Made by a program: the position numbers and the translations under genes | Notes under the pieces: model-generated | The model's input: the letters and a program-made list of their open reading frames with translations, nothing else | Database searches by the model: none | What the model was told of the DNA's origin: nothing | Shown here: positions 22,968 through 32,929 of the stretch, piece after piece | How positions within the stretch are numbered: the first letter of the stretch is position 1 | Layout of the letters: each line of letters begins with the position of its first letter | Assembly: GCA_963765575.1 (NCBI GenBank) | Contig: CAVXWZ010000011.1 | Location: forward strand, 1-64,000 | Origin: an uncultured cyanobacterium | GTDB lineage: Bacteria > Cyanobacteriota > Cyanobacteriia > PCC-6307 > Cyanobiaceae | Direction: 5' to 3' | Length of the DNA: 64,000 bases

Positions 22968-24824
22968 TCAGTAGTTGGCGCCGCTGCGGCGCTGGTGCAC
23001 GGCTGTGGTGCCGGCCGGATCCAGCACGGCTCCCTGCTCCACCCGGGCGTAGAGCAGCCAGTGATCGCCGCATTCCATGCGCTGCTGCACGGTGGCCTCC
23101 ATCCAGGCCAGGGCCTCCGGCAGCACCGGCTGGCCACCCGGACTCCACTCCAGTTCGAGGCCCTCAAAGCGGTCGGCACCGGGCTGGAAGGGCTGCAGAA
23201 ACCGCTTCATCGGCCCGCTGGAGCGGCTGGCCGCGAGCACGTTGAGAGCGAAGCGATCGCCCACGTGCAGCAGGGTCTCCACCGCCCGGTCCTTGGCCAC
23301 GGCCACCGTCAGCCCCGGAGGGGTGAAGCTGGCCTGGCTCACCCAGCTGGCCACCATGGCACCGCTCAACCGACTCTGACCCTCCCCCCGGCTGGTGGTG
23401 AGCACGCACAGGGTGCCCACCACGCGGCCCAGGGCCTGGATGGTGGGATCGCTGCCGCTTTCCCTCAGGCCGCCGGCGGCGGTGCGGCGCTCGCTGCGGC
23501 GCTGGCCGGAGCGCAGCTGACGCCCGAGGGCGGTGCCGGTTTCCTCGATCGCCTGGATGCTGGCGGGGTCGGGGCTGAACTTCACCTTGATCGGCTCGAA
23601 GGCAAAGCGGAAACCGCCGTCCCTGAGCTTGCTTTCCAGCAGGTCGAGGGCTTCGCCGCTCCAGCCGAAGCTGCCGAACACGCCCACGGGCTTGCTGCGG
23701 TCGCCTTCGGCCAGCACCGTGCCCAGGGCCGCCACGATCGGCGTGGGGGCGTGGCCTCCCAGGGTGGGGGAGCCGATCAGCAGGGCGTTGCAGGAGCGGA
23801 TGGCAGCCAGCAGCTGCTCCGGCTCGCTGAACTCGCAGTTGATGCTCTCCACCCGCACGCCGGTGCGTGAAACCCCCTGGGCGAGGGCATCGGCGATGGC
23901 GGCCGTGTTGCCGTAGGCGCTGGCGTAGAGCAGGGCCACCGACAGGCTGGAGCGGTTCTGATCCGCTCCCCAGCGCCGGTAGTCGGCCAGCAGGCTGCGC
24001 CAGCTCTCGGCGATCGCCGGCCCGTGGAAGGGGGCGATCGTGCGGATCGGCAGCTCGTCGATGCGGTCGAGCAGTGTCTCCACCTGGCGGGCCATGGGTG
24101 CCATCAGGCAGTCGTAGAACCAGCGGCGGTCCTCCTCCGTGCTGCCGCGGTTGGGCTCGGCGAAGGTTTCCACGCAGACGTGGGCGGAGAAAAACTTGCT
24201 GCTGATCAGCAGCCCGGTGCTCTCCTCAAGGGCCAGCAGGGCGCCGGGCCAGCGGGGGGTGGGCGTGGGAATCAGCCTCAGCTGCAGGCCGTTGGCCAGG
24301 GGCCGGCTGGATTCCTGCTTGACCACGTCGAGCGGCGGCAGGGGGGGCAATGCCGGCGGTTCCGGGGTTCCGGTGGCCGCCGGCCGCCGCTGCTCCCAGA
24401 GATCCCGCACCAGCCTGGCGCCGGCATTGGAGGCCACCAGGGTGAGCTGGGGCCAGCGGCTCGCCAGCGCCCGCAGCAGCTCCACGCGGTTGGGGTTGAC
24501 CACCCCCACCACCACCTTGAGGGCCGCATCCGCCGGCACCAGCTCAGCCAGGGCGGCGAAGAACGGCTCGGCATAGGTCATCCCGGGCGGGTGGATGAGC
24601 ACGGGCGGCACGGCGTGCCCGCCGGCACCGCTGCCCGCCTCAAACAGGAAGCTGTTGGCGGTGGTGCCCCGCTCCAGCCCGTACTCCACCTCGAAGCGCA
24701 CCCGCCGTGGGCTCAGGCCCCGCAGGCAGAGCAGCCCGGGTTCCACGGGCAGCACCAGCACCCGGCGATCGGCCGGGGCCGGGGTCGGCGCTGCAGCGGA
24801 GGTGGCGCTCACGGAAGTCGGCAT
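22968..24824 (-). CDS. flv1: Flavodiiron protein, Flv1-type (non-canonical iron site)
   Basis: Metallo-beta-lactamase, flavodoxin (ASAYGNT, GSPTLGGH, GSFGWSGEA) and flavin reductase (ASWVSQASF, CGDHW) domains; lacks HxExDH (has VVNPNR). Confidence 0.9.
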   Translation of the reverse strand: MPTSVSATSAAAPTPAPADRRVLVLPVEPGLLCLRGLSPRRVRFEVEYGLERGTTANSFLFEAGSGAGGHAVPPVLIHPPGMTYAEPFFAALAELVPADAALKVVVGVVNPNRVELLRALASRWPQLTLVASNAGARLVRDLWEQRRPAATGTPEPPALPPLPPLDVVKQESSRPLANGLQLRLIPTPTPRWPGALLALEESTGLLISSKFFSAHVCVETFAEPNRGSTEEDRRWFYDCLMAPMARQVETLLDRIDELPIRTIAPFHGPAIAESWRSLLADYRRWGADQNRSSLSVALLYASAYGNTAAIADALAQGVSRTGVRVESINCEFSEPEQLLAAIRSCNALLIGSPTLGGHAPTPIVAALGTVLAEGDRSKPVGVFGSFGWSGEALDLLESKLRDGGFRFAFEPIKVKFSPDPASIQAIEETGTALGRQLRSGQRRSERRTAAGGLRESGSDPTIQALGRVVGTLCVLTTSRGEGQSRLSGAMVASWVSQASFTPPGLTVAVAKDRAVETLLHVGDRFALNVLAASRSSGPMKRFLQPFQPGADRFEGLELEWSPGGQPVLPEALAWMEATVQQRMECGDHWLLYARVEQGAVLDPAGTTAVHQRRSGANY

Positions 24825-26602
24825 CAGTAATGGTTCCCCACCTTGCGGTGATGGACGGCGGTCAAGGCCTCGGTGTCGGCCACCTTGCCCTGCTCCACCT
24901 CGGCGTAGATGATCCAGTGGTCGGGCCCTTCCATCCGCTGGGCCACGCGGCAGCCCAGGTAGGCCAGGGCGTCGGCCAGCACCGGACCGCCGGAGGCCAC
25001 CCCCTCGAGAATGCCCACGCCGGCGAAGCGGTCGGCGCCCGGTGGGAAGCGCCGCAGGAAATGGCGCAGCAGCTCCTGGTGGCCCTCCTGCCGCAGGATG
25101 TTGAGCACGAAGCGATCGTCCACCTGCATCAGGGTCTCGATCGCCCGGTCCTTGGCCACCGCCACGGTGATCCCGGGCGGATCGAAGCTGGCCTGGCTCA
25201 CCCAGCTGGCCACCATGGCGCCGCTGCGGCCGTCGGCGCCGTCCTCCTGGCGGGCCGTGACCACATACAGCCCACCGGAGAGCCGGCCCAGGGCCTTGTC
25301 CAGGTCGCCGTCGATGGCCTTCAGCGCCGCGATCGACTTGGCCTTGGTGAGCAGCTGGCCGAGGTCGGTGCCGGCCTCTTCGCAGCGCTGGTAGTCGGCG
25401 CTCTGGGGCACCTGGCGGATGCGCAGCGGCACGAAGGCCTCCTTCGGGCCGAGCTCCCGCAGCTGGCCGATCACCGTGTCGATCGGCTTGTCGTTGCCAC
25501 CGAAGGAGTCGTAGCAGCCCACCAGCTGCTTCGGTTTGAGCGCCGCCAGCAGGGTGCCGATCTGGGCCTGCAGGTCCGCTTCCGGTTCGGCCGGCCAGGT
25601 GGGCACCACCACCGCCGCCGCGTCTCCCACCAGCGCCGTCAGTTCCTGCACGTCCGTGGCGCGCAGGTCCACCAGCTGCACCTGGGCGCCGGCCTTGTCG
25701 ATGCCCCGGGCGATGGCCTGGCTGATGCGGTCGCAGAAGCCGTACTGGCTCAGGTAGCAGACGGCCGCGTAGGTCTGGCCGGCGCTGCGCTCACTGCTCC
25801 AGCTGCGGTAGTCATCGAGCCAGAGGCCGAGGTGGTGGCGCAGCAGTGGGCCGTGGCCCACCGCCACCGTGGTCAGCTCGGGCAAGGCATCCATCCGCTT
25901 CATCGCCTGCAGCACGCTGCGGGCGTTGGGGCCCATCAGGCATTCGTAGTAGAAGCGGAAATCCGGGGCGATGGCACCGGGGTCCACGTCGTAGAGGTGG
26001 TCGGAGCAGTAGTGCAGGCCGAAGGCATCGCAGGTGTAGAGGATGCCGGTGCCGTGATCAAAGGAGAAGATCGTGTCGGGCCAGTGCAGGTTGGGGGCGC
26101 TGAGAAACTCGAAGCGGTGCTCCACGCCGCTGCCGGGGTTGGTGCCCAGATCGAGGCTTTCGCCGCTCTTCACCGCCCGGCTGCGGAAGGGGCGGTGCAC
26201 CTGATCCTTCAGAAACTGGATCGCCACCTTGGAGCCCACGATCTCGATCTCCGGGTTGAGATCGATGAGGTGACCGATGAGGCCGGAGTGGTCCGGTTCG
26301 GTGTGGCTGACGATCAGATAATCGATCGCCCTGGGATCGATCTGCTCGCCCAGCAATGGCAGCCAGGTGTCCGCAAACTTGAGGTGGCTGGTGTCGATCA
26401 GGGCGGTGCGCTCCCCGCGCACCAGAAAGCTGTTGTAGGTGGTGCCGTTGCGCAGGCCGAATTCGATGTCGAAGCGGCTGCGGTCCCAGTCCAGCGAGCG
26501 GATGGCGGTGGTGTCGGCGGCGATCGGCTCGCACTGCAGGCTGAGCCTGGGCGCCTCTGCGGGCTGGGCGGGGCTGGAGACGGCAGGGGCTGCGGCGGGC
26601 AT
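24824..26602 (-). CDS. flv3: Flavodiiron protein, Flv3-type (canonical diiron ligands)
   Basis: GTTYNSFL, SHTEPDHSG, PNLHWPD, CDAFGLH, GHGP and a C-terminal flavin reductase domain. Confidence 0.92.
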   Translation of the reverse strand: MPAAAPAVSSPAQPAEAPRLSLQCEPIAADTTAIRSLDWDRSRFDIEFGLRNGTTYNSFLVRGERTALIDTSHLKFADTWLPLLGEQIDPRAIDYLIVSHTEPDHSGLIGHLIDLNPEIEIVGSKVAIQFLKDQVHRPFRSRAVKSGESLDLGTNPGSGVEHRFEFLSAPNLHWPDTIFSFDHGTGILYTCDAFGLHYCSDHLYDVDPGAIAPDFRFYYECLMGPNARSVLQAMKRMDALPELTTVAVGHGPLLRHHLGLWLDDYRSWSSERSAGQTYAAVCYLSQYGFCDRISQAIARGIDKAGAQVQLVDLRATDVQELTALVGDAAAVVVPTWPAEPEADLQAQIGTLLAALKPKQLVGCYDSFGGNDKPIDTVIGQLRELGPKEAFVPLRIRQVPQSADYQRCEEAGTDLGQLLTKAKSIAALKAIDGDLDKALGRLSGGLYVVTARQEDGADGRSGAMVASWVSQASFDPPGITVAVAKDRAIETLMQVDDRFVLNILRQEGHQELLRHFLRRFPPGADRFAGVGILEGVASGGPVLADALAYLGCRVAQRMEGPDHWIIYAEVEQGKVADTEALTAVHHRKVGNHY

Positions 26603-26738
26603 GGTCCGATCCTCCAGAAACGCGGGGTGGTGAAGGCACCCTAGGAAGCAGGATTTTGCGGCAGGTTGGTGCGGTGATTGGCGCTGCTGATCGCCGTGAT
26701 TGCCGCCGGTGAAGGCTGCGCCCTGCCGCCGGCGGCGC

Positions 26739-27647
26739 TCATGGGTTGCAGCGCGGGCAGTGCTGGGGGTCGGCCGTGAGCAGGCCGTCGGGGCGCGGGC
26801 GCTCCAGGTGGTGGGAGCAGGCTGGGCAGCCCAGGATCTCCGCGGCCAGCCGTGGGGTGGGGGTGCGGCACCAGCTGCAGGGCAGCCCGCCACGGCTCTC
26901 CACCACCCCCCACCCGGGACTGCCGCAGGCGGGGCAGGGGCTGCCGATGCGCCGCACCAGGGCGAAGGCCAGCGCCCGGATCGTCGCCATGCGGGTGGGG
27001 TTGCGGTCGGCGCGCATGTCCGTTTCCACCAGGGCGCGGCCATCGCTGGAGCAGGCTGCGGCCGCCCTGATCGCTGCCTGCAACTCCGGCTCGCTGCGCA
27101 GCCCCTTGCGCAGTCCGGTTGCTGCAGTGCTGGAGCCAGCCTCGCGATGGGCCCGCACGATCAGCGCGTGGGAGGGGAAGCCCACCTGCTGGGGCCATGG
27201 ACCCAGGTCTTCCGGAGCGCTGACGACGCGCTGGTCGAAGTTGGTGCGTAGCCCCCGGCGGCGCTCCTGGATCAGCAGGTCCCTGCGGGCGTCGAGAAAC
27301 ACCAGGATCTCCTCGCCGGCAGGCAGCCAGGGGATCTGGGGATGGGGGCCGAAGCTGCCTTCGCTGGCGATGGCGAGGTCACAACCGCTGACGCTCAGGC
27401 CCAGTTCGGCCTTGCGCCGACAGGTGTGGGAAGCGGAGCCCTGCCGCTCCACCTCGCCGCTGAAGGTGCCCAGGCTGTCGGTGTCGAGGCCCTCGGCCAG
27501 CCGCAGTTCCAAGCCCAGGGCCAGCCGCAGGGGGCGGGCCAGGGCCCGCTGTTTGCCGTGCTTGCTGGCCAGCACGAGGGTCTGTCCGGCATAGGGCGTT
27601 GACGCAAAGAAGGGACTGCCCAAGGTGAATGAAATCGTCTGCTCCAA
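26739..27647 (-). CDS. DUF6671-like protein with a C-terminal Cys-rich region
   Basis: LASKHGK, DTDSLGTFSGEVER, IASEGSFGPHP, GFPSHALI, ETDMRA..NPTRM and four CxxC motifs; start uncertain. Confidence 0.75.
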   Translation of the reverse strand: MEQTISFTLGSPFFASTPYAGQTLVLASKHGKQRALARPLRLALGLELRLAEGLDTDSLGTFSGEVERQGSASHTCRRKAELGLSVSGCDLAIASEGSFGPHPQIPWLPAGEEILVFLDARRDLLIQERRRGLRTNFDQRVVSAPEDLGPWPQQVGFPSHALIVRAHREAGSSTAATGLRKGLRSEPELQAAIRAAAACSSDGRALVETDMRADRNPTRMATIRALAFALVRRIGSPCPACGSPGWGVVESRGGLPCSWCRTPTPRLAAEILGCPACSHHLERPRPDGLLTADPQHCPRCNP

Positions 27648-27655
27648 ACCGAGAG

Positions 27656-27689
27656 TTGATCAGCGAGGTGATCAACGAGGTGATCAGCT
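27656..27689. repeat. About three copies of a 12-bp tandem repeat (ggtgatcaRcga)
   Basis: gttgatcagcga-ggtgatcaacga-ggtgatcagc between cupS and the DUF6671-like gene. Confidence 0.7.
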
Positions 27690-27766
27690 CTGACTTCAAT
27701 TTGATCTGAATTGAAGGAAGAGGTCACTCGCCATGCAAGACCTGGACTCGGCCCTGAAAGCAAGGG

Positions 27767-28168
27767 TCAGCCTGGAAGAATGACACGGTTGATCACATGC
27801 ACAATGCCATTGTCACAGACGATGTCGGCAGCGGCCACGGTGGCGTTCTTGACCTCGAAGGGGTCGGCCCGAACGATTGGCACCTCAGCTCCTTCGAGGC
27901 TCTCCCAGGCTGATTTGGTCAACAGTTCTTCGCGGTTGTAGGCACCGCTGAGCACATGGAACTTGAGAATCCGCGCCAGTTGGGGAGGATTGTCCACCAA
28001 GGTTTGAACACAACCGGGAGGTAGCGCCGCAAAAGCATCATCCACAGGCGCGAACACGGTAAAAGGGCCCGGACTCTCCAGGGCTGATCGGAGGCCGGCA
28101 GCATCGACTGCCGCCAGCAGGGTGTTGAAGCTGCCGGCAGCTTGGGCCGTTTCGATGATGGTGGCCAT
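27767..28168 (-). CDS. cupS: Fasciclin-domain NDH-1(3) subunit CupS
   Basis: FAS1 motifs GPFTVFAPVDDAF and DNGIVHVINRVI; directly downstream of cupA. Confidence 0.9.
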   Translation of the reverse strand: MATIIETAQAAGSFNTLLAAVDAAGLRSALESPGPFTVFAPVDDAFAALPPGCVQTLVDNPPQLARILKFHVLSGAYNREELLTKSAWESLEGAEVPIVRADPFEVKNATVAAADIVCDNGIVHVINRVILPG

Positions 28169-28179
28169 GCGGGGAGGAG

Positions 28180-29490
28180 TTAGCGGTAATCCTGGGTTTG
28201 AATCTGGGGAAGCCGGGCCTCGGGCCTGATGAAGCGGTCCAGCTGGGCTTCGAAGAAGCGGCGGTTGGCCATCAGGTGCTCGGGATCGGTGTCGTCGAGG
28301 GGATAGAGCAGGGCACAGCGCAGGGCCTGGATCACCGCTGAGGTGACGTTGTACATCGAGCGCTGAAAGGTGATGCCCAGCTGGATCAACTGATCCTCCT
28401 CGCCGCGCTTGTGTTGGCGGTAGGTCTCCTCAAGGTAGGCGGGCAGGAAATGCAGCATGTCCTGCATCAACAGGGTGGGCGGGATGCCGGCCGAGCCCAC
28501 GGGAAAGACGTCCGCATAGAGAATCCCGTAGTGAAAATCGGCTTGATTCGACGGCACCTGACCGGCCTGGGCGTTGTAGCTCTTGGTGCCGCGGAATGGT
28601 GAGGTGCGGTAGAACACAGCTTCTACATAGGGAAGTGCCGCCTCATAGAGCCAGGTGAAACCTTCGCTCTTGGGAATGATCTCATGGCATTCCCCGTCGA
28701 TGAAGACGTGGTGATAGATCGGCCGGCCGGCAACTGCGAAGATGCCATTGACCAGGAAGTCCATGGCATCGGGAACTCCCTTGAAGCCACCCTCATCGTA
28801 GATGTCGCTCATCTCAAAGAACACCGGCGCCATCACCTCCCAGAACAGGCCGAGGTTGGCGTAATAGGAGAGCTCTCTCACCTTCTCAAGAAACATCTCC
28901 GGAAAAAGGCGATAGAGACCCAGCATCAAAGGATTGCCCTTGAAGTAGGCCTTGATGGCCCGATCGGCGCTGGCTCGATAGGTGTCGGTTTCCAGGTAGT
29001 CGTAGAAGCGGCCACCCATGCCCTGGTGCCAGAGCATGGCGCGCATGCACTCCTCGGCAAACTCCATGTTGATGCGATCATGCCAGAGGTGATGCAGCAG
29101 TTTTGGCATCGCCTTGGTTTCACCCTTGGCCATGTACTCCAGCAGCTCCGGGTGGGCGGAGGCCTGCCCGCGCCAGATGCGCAGGTCGGCGCTGTCGCCG
29201 GCGTAGGAGTTGGGTAGATCCAGATACTCTTGCGAGATGAAATATTTGAACGCTGGCAGCGGATTGAGAAATACCTGCTCGGCGATGTAGAGCAGGTCGC
29301 GCCAGTAGAAATCCATCGGCACGGCATAGGCCTTGTAGATGCCGATGATCTGCTTGAGGTTCTCGGGATTGTCGGGCAGCATCGAACCGCCCGCCTCCAG
29401 CCGATGGATGATCTCGGCGTAGTGGTGCTGGGAGGGGGGAATCAAGGGCGAGCTCACCGGCTCGGCCACCTGGCTGGGGGGTGGTGTCAT
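28180..29490 (-). CDS. cupA: CO2 hydration protein CupA (ChpY)
   Basis: IIHRLEAGGSMLPD, KAYAVPMDFYWRDL, HHLWHDRINMEFAE, GTKSYNAQA, GIPPTLLMQDM; 436 aa; followed by cupS. Confidence 0.95.
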   Translation of the reverse strand: MTPPPSQVAEPVSSPLIPPSQHHYAEIIHRLEAGGSMLPDNPENLKQIIGIYKAYAVPMDFYWRDLLYIAEQVFLNPLPAFKYFISQEYLDLPNSYAGDSADLRIWRGQASAHPELLEYMAKGETKAMPKLLHHLWHDRINMEFAEECMRAMLWHQGMGGRFYDYLETDTYRASADRAIKAYFKGNPLMLGLYRLFPEMFLEKVRELSYYANLGLFWEVMAPVFFEMSDIYDEGGFKGVPDAMDFLVNGIFAVAGRPIYHHVFIDGECHEIIPKSEGFTWLYEAALPYVEAVFYRTSPFRGTKSYNAQAGQVPSNQADFHYGILYADVFPVGSAGIPPTLLMQDMLHFLPAYLEETYRQHKRGEEDQLIQLGITFQRSMYNVTSAVIQALRCALLYPLDDTDPEHLMANRRFFEAQLDRFIRPEARLPQIQTQDYR

Positions 29491-31013
29491 CAGGGAGTGC
29501 TCTGCAGGGTGGGCCGGGGGGCGGCGGCGATCAAGGTGGTGGTGAACGGGTCAGGGCGCACCGACAGAGCGGCGGTGGCGGCTTCGCTCCAGCCGAGCAG
29601 CAGGGGCGGCCAGAGGCCTCCCACCACGATCAGCAGGCTGAGCACAACGGCCGGCAGCCGTTCGCTCCAGCTGGTGCTGGCGTAGTCGACCCGGTTGTTG
29701 TCCAGCCGGCCGAAGCCCACCCGGTTGAACAGCCGCACGGCGTAGACCGCCGTGAACCCAGACGCCACCAGGCAGCTGAGGGTGGGCCAGGGGAACGCCG
29801 ACCAGCTGCCCTGGAACACGAGCAGCTCGGCCACGAAGCCCGCCTGGCCGGGGATGCCGGCCGAGGCCATCAGGGCCAGCAGCAGCAGCGTCATGGTCAG
29901 CGGCAGGCCCCGCAGGGGGTTCATCAGTCCGGAGATCTCGGCGATCGTGGTGGTGCCTGTCTTGGCCTCGATCAAGCCCACCACAAGGAACAGCAAGGGC
30001 ACGATCATGCCGTGGGCGAGGATCTGGGCCACCGCACCCTGCAGGCTCAGGGGCGTGGCGGCGGCCAGGGCCAGCACCAGCAGACCCATGTGGCCCAGGG
30101 AGCTGTAGGCCACCATGCGGCGCATGTCGGCCTGGGCAATGGCATTGAGTGCGCCGTAGACGGCGGTGATGGCGCCGGCGCTGGCGATCCACACCGACCA
30201 GCTGGCCCAGATGTCCGGCAGAAAGCCCACCCCAAAGCGCAGCAGGCCGTAGGCGGCCAGCTTGCACACCCCACCGCTCAACAGAATCACCACCGGCGTG
30301 GAGGCCTGGCTGTAGGCCAGGGGCTGCCAGCCGTGCAGGGGCACCAGCGGCAACTTCAGGCCGAAGCCGAGCAGGAGCAGCACCAGGATCCAGCGCCTGC
30401 TGCTGGTGGAGAGGTCAGCCTGGAGCAAGTCGTCGTAGGCGAAGCTGAAGCCATTGCGGTTCAACCAGCCCAGGGCCAGCACCGCGGCCAGCAGGCACAG
30501 CCCCGAGCTGGCCGCGAACATCAGGAAGCGAATCGCGGCCTTGACCCGTTGCTTGCCGCCCCAGATGGCCAGCAGCAGGGTGATCGGAATCAGGATCAGT
30601 TCGTTGCACAGCACGAACAGCAGTGCGTTCCGTGCCAGGAACGCGCCCATCAATCCCAGGTTGGTGGCCAGAATCAGGGGGAAGAACAGGCGGGGGCGGG
30701 TCTGATCCAGGTCGCTGGACAGGATCGCCACGAGGGTGACCAATGCCGCCAGCAGCATCAGCGGCAGCGACAGGCCATCCACGCCGAGGTTGAGATTCAG
30801 CCCCAGCTGCGGCACCCAGGCCAGCTGCAGATCGGCGGGAGGGCTGATCCAGATCAGGGTGGTGAGCAGCAGCTGGGCGGCGGGAATGGCCGCCACGATC
30901 CACCGCATGCGGGCGGTCTGGACCACGCCCAGCAGCGGCAGCAGCAGCACGCTCAGCAGCGGCAGTGCCGGCACCAGGAACAACGAGGACGAAGGCATCG
31001 AAGCAGCGATCAA
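29490..31013 (-). CDS. ndhD3: NAD(P)H-quinone oxidoreductase subunit D3
   Basis: LGVDGLS, ELILIP, KLPLVPLHGW, KLAAYG, VAYSSLGHMG; position between ndhF3 and cupA. Confidence 0.9.
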   Translation of the reverse strand: MIAASMPSSSLFLVPALPLLSVLLLPLLGVVQTARMRWIVAAIPAAQLLLTTLIWISPPADLQLAWVPQLGLNLNLGVDGLSLPLMLLAALVTLVAILSSDLDQTRPRLFFPLILATNLGLMGAFLARNALLFVLCNELILIPITLLLAIWGGKQRVKAAIRFLMFAASSGLCLLAAVLALGWLNRNGFSFAYDDLLQADLSTSSRRWILVLLLLGFGLKLPLVPLHGWQPLAYSQASTPVVILLSGGVCKLAAYGLLRFGVGFLPDIWASWSVWIASAGAITAVYGALNAIAQADMRRMVAYSSLGHMGLLVLALAAATPLSLQGAVAQILAHGMIVPLLFLVVGLIEAKTGTTTIAEISGLMNPLRGLPLTMTLLLLALMASAGIPGQAGFVAELLVFQGSWSAFPWPTLSCLVASGFTAVYAVRLFNRVGFGRLDNNRVDYASTSWSERLPAVVLSLLIVVGGLWPPLLLGWSEAATAALSVRPDPFTTTLIAAAPRPTLQSTP

Positions 31014-32899
31014 GGGAGGGGAATGAAGGGCACCACGACCTGGCGGGCCAGCAGCCAGGCGCCCATCAGCAACACCGCCAGCACGAGGTTGAGGGCATAG
31101 GCCTGGGAGCGGCCACTGGTGGTGAGGCTGAGGCGACGGCCACCTTCCAGCGCCACCTCGCCCGTGAGGCTGCTGACGCCTTCGGTCAGGCCCTGGTCCA
31201 ACCAGGTGCTGACGCGCGCCAGCCCGGCCACCAGGGCCACCACGGTGCGGCGATAGAAGCCCTCGGTGTGCATGTCGGCGGCCAGCCAGTGCTGCAGACC
31301 GCCCAGCCCCGCGGGCAGCTCCGCCTGGGCGTGGGGCCGCAGGTAGAACAGCGCTGAGAGGCCTGCTCCGGCCAGGGTGGAGACCAGCAGCGGCAGCGCC
31401 AGTGGCCCCCAGCCGGGAAGGGGCGTGAGGGCCAGCACGCCGTAGCGCACATACAGCTGGGGCAGGTGCAGCACCAGGCCCATCAGCACCATGGTGGGCA
31501 TCACCATCAACCAGATCACTTCCGGAGAACGGGTGGTGAAGGCGGAAGGGCGACCGCCCCAGACGAGGCCGAACACCCGCACCAGACCGGCGCTGATCAA
31601 GGCGTTGGTGAGCAGCACCAGGCCGCCCAGCAGGGCGGGGTTGGCACTGGCCAGCAGCAGTTCGAGCAGTTCGCGAATCGCCGCGAAGGCCCCGAAGGGG
31701 GGCAGGGCCATCAGGGACACCGCGCCGCTGAGGAACGCCAGGCCCATCAACGGCCGCCGGCTCCAGAGCCCCCCCAGCTGGGTGAGGTCCTGGGTGATGT
31801 TGGTGACCAGCACCGATGCGGCGGACATCAGCAGCAGGGCCATCGGCAGCGGGTAGACCAGCAGCAGGTGCTCGGCGGCGGGGCCGCCGCCGGCCCCCAC
31901 GGCCACGAACACCAGCCCGAACCAGCTGCTCACCAGGAAGGACAGGGCCCGCTTGATGTCGATCTGGGCCAGGGCGATCACCGCTGCCACCAGGGCGGTG
32001 GAGCCGCCCACCACGATCAGGAAGCCCTGGGCCAGGGGACTGATGGCGATCAGGGGCTGGAGCTTCAGCAGCACCCAGCCACCACCGGCCACGACCACCG
32101 AATTGCGCAGCACCGACGAGGGCACCGGACCCTCCATGGCTTCATCGAGCCAGAGGTGGAGTGGGATCTGGGCGCATTTACCCATCGGTCCGGCGATCAG
32201 GGCGACCAGGATCAGGCCGAAGCCCCGGGGCAGGCTGTCCGGGTTGGCGTGGGTTGCGGCCCAGTCGGCGAGACCCTGGAAGTTCCAGGTGCCTGTGATC
32301 GGCAGGATCGCCACCAGGCCCACCAGCAGGATCAGATCACCGATGCGTTTGGTGAGGAAGGCATCGCGGGCTCCTTTGACCACCAGCGACTGGTTGTACC
32401 AGGTGCCGATGATCAGGTAGGTGCCGAGGGTGAGCAGTTCCAGGATCACATAACTGATGAACAGCGAGTCTGTAAGCACCAGAGCGCAAAGACCGGCCTC
32501 AAAGAAACTGAGCGCCCCGAAAAATCGTGGCCAACCCCAGTCCATCTCGAGATAGCCAATCGTGTAGATCTGGGTGAGCACATGTAAGCCCGTGATGATC
32601 ACCATCGCCAGCAGGGCGGGTTGGGTGATCAATCCGTCGAAGCCGATGCTCAGTCCGGCGGTCGAGAGCCATGTCCAACTGACGTGGATCTCGGTGGCGG
32701 GGTTGTCACCCAGCAGGGCCAGCGTGCTGTGGAGCAGGGCCACCACGGCCATCGCCAGGTTCACGTAACCGCTGGGTCGCGGCCCCGTGCGGGAGATCAG
32801 TCCGGGGGACCAGGCCAGGGAGGCGAAGGCGGCGACGAGCGGGTAGATGGGGACCAGCCAGGCCGTCTGCGTGAAGTTGGCGAAGAGTCCAAGGGCCAT
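31010..32899 (-). CDS. ndhF3: NAD(P)H-quinone oxidoreductase subunit F3
   Basis: RTGPRPSGYVN, GYLEMDWGWPRF, ARDAFLTKRIGD, GKCAQIPLHLWLDEAMEGP. Confidence 0.92.
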   Translation of the reverse strand: MALGLFANFTQTAWLVPIYPLVAAFASLAWSPGLISRTGPRPSGYVNLAMAVVALLHSTLALLGDNPATEIHVSWTWLSTAGLSIGFDGLITQPALLAMVIITGLHVLTQIYTIGYLEMDWGWPRFFGALSFFEAGLCALVLTDSLFISYVILELLTLGTYLIIGTWYNQSLVVKGARDAFLTKRIGDLILLVGLVAILPITGTWNFQGLADWAATHANPDSLPRGFGLILVALIAGPMGKCAQIPLHLWLDEAMEGPVPSSVLRNSVVVAGGGWVLLKLQPLIAISPLAQGFLIVVGGSTALVAAVIALAQIDIKRALSFLVSSWFGLVFVAVGAGGGPAAEHLLLVYPLPMALLLMSAASVLVTNITQDLTQLGGLWSRRPLMGLAFLSGAVSLMALPPFGAFAAIRELLELLLASANPALLGGLVLLTNALISAGLVRVFGLVWGGRPSAFTTRSPEVIWLMVMPTMVLMGLVLHLPQLYVRYGVLALTPLPGWGPLALPLLVSTLAGAGLSALFYLRPHAQAELPAGLGGLQHWLAADMHTEGFYRRTVVALVAGLARVSTWLDQGLTEGVSSLTGEVALEGGRRLSLTTSGRSQAYALNLVLAVLLMGAWLLARQVVVPFIPLP

Positions 32900-32929
32900 T
32901 GGGAAGGTGGTTGTTGGCTGGAACGAAAT

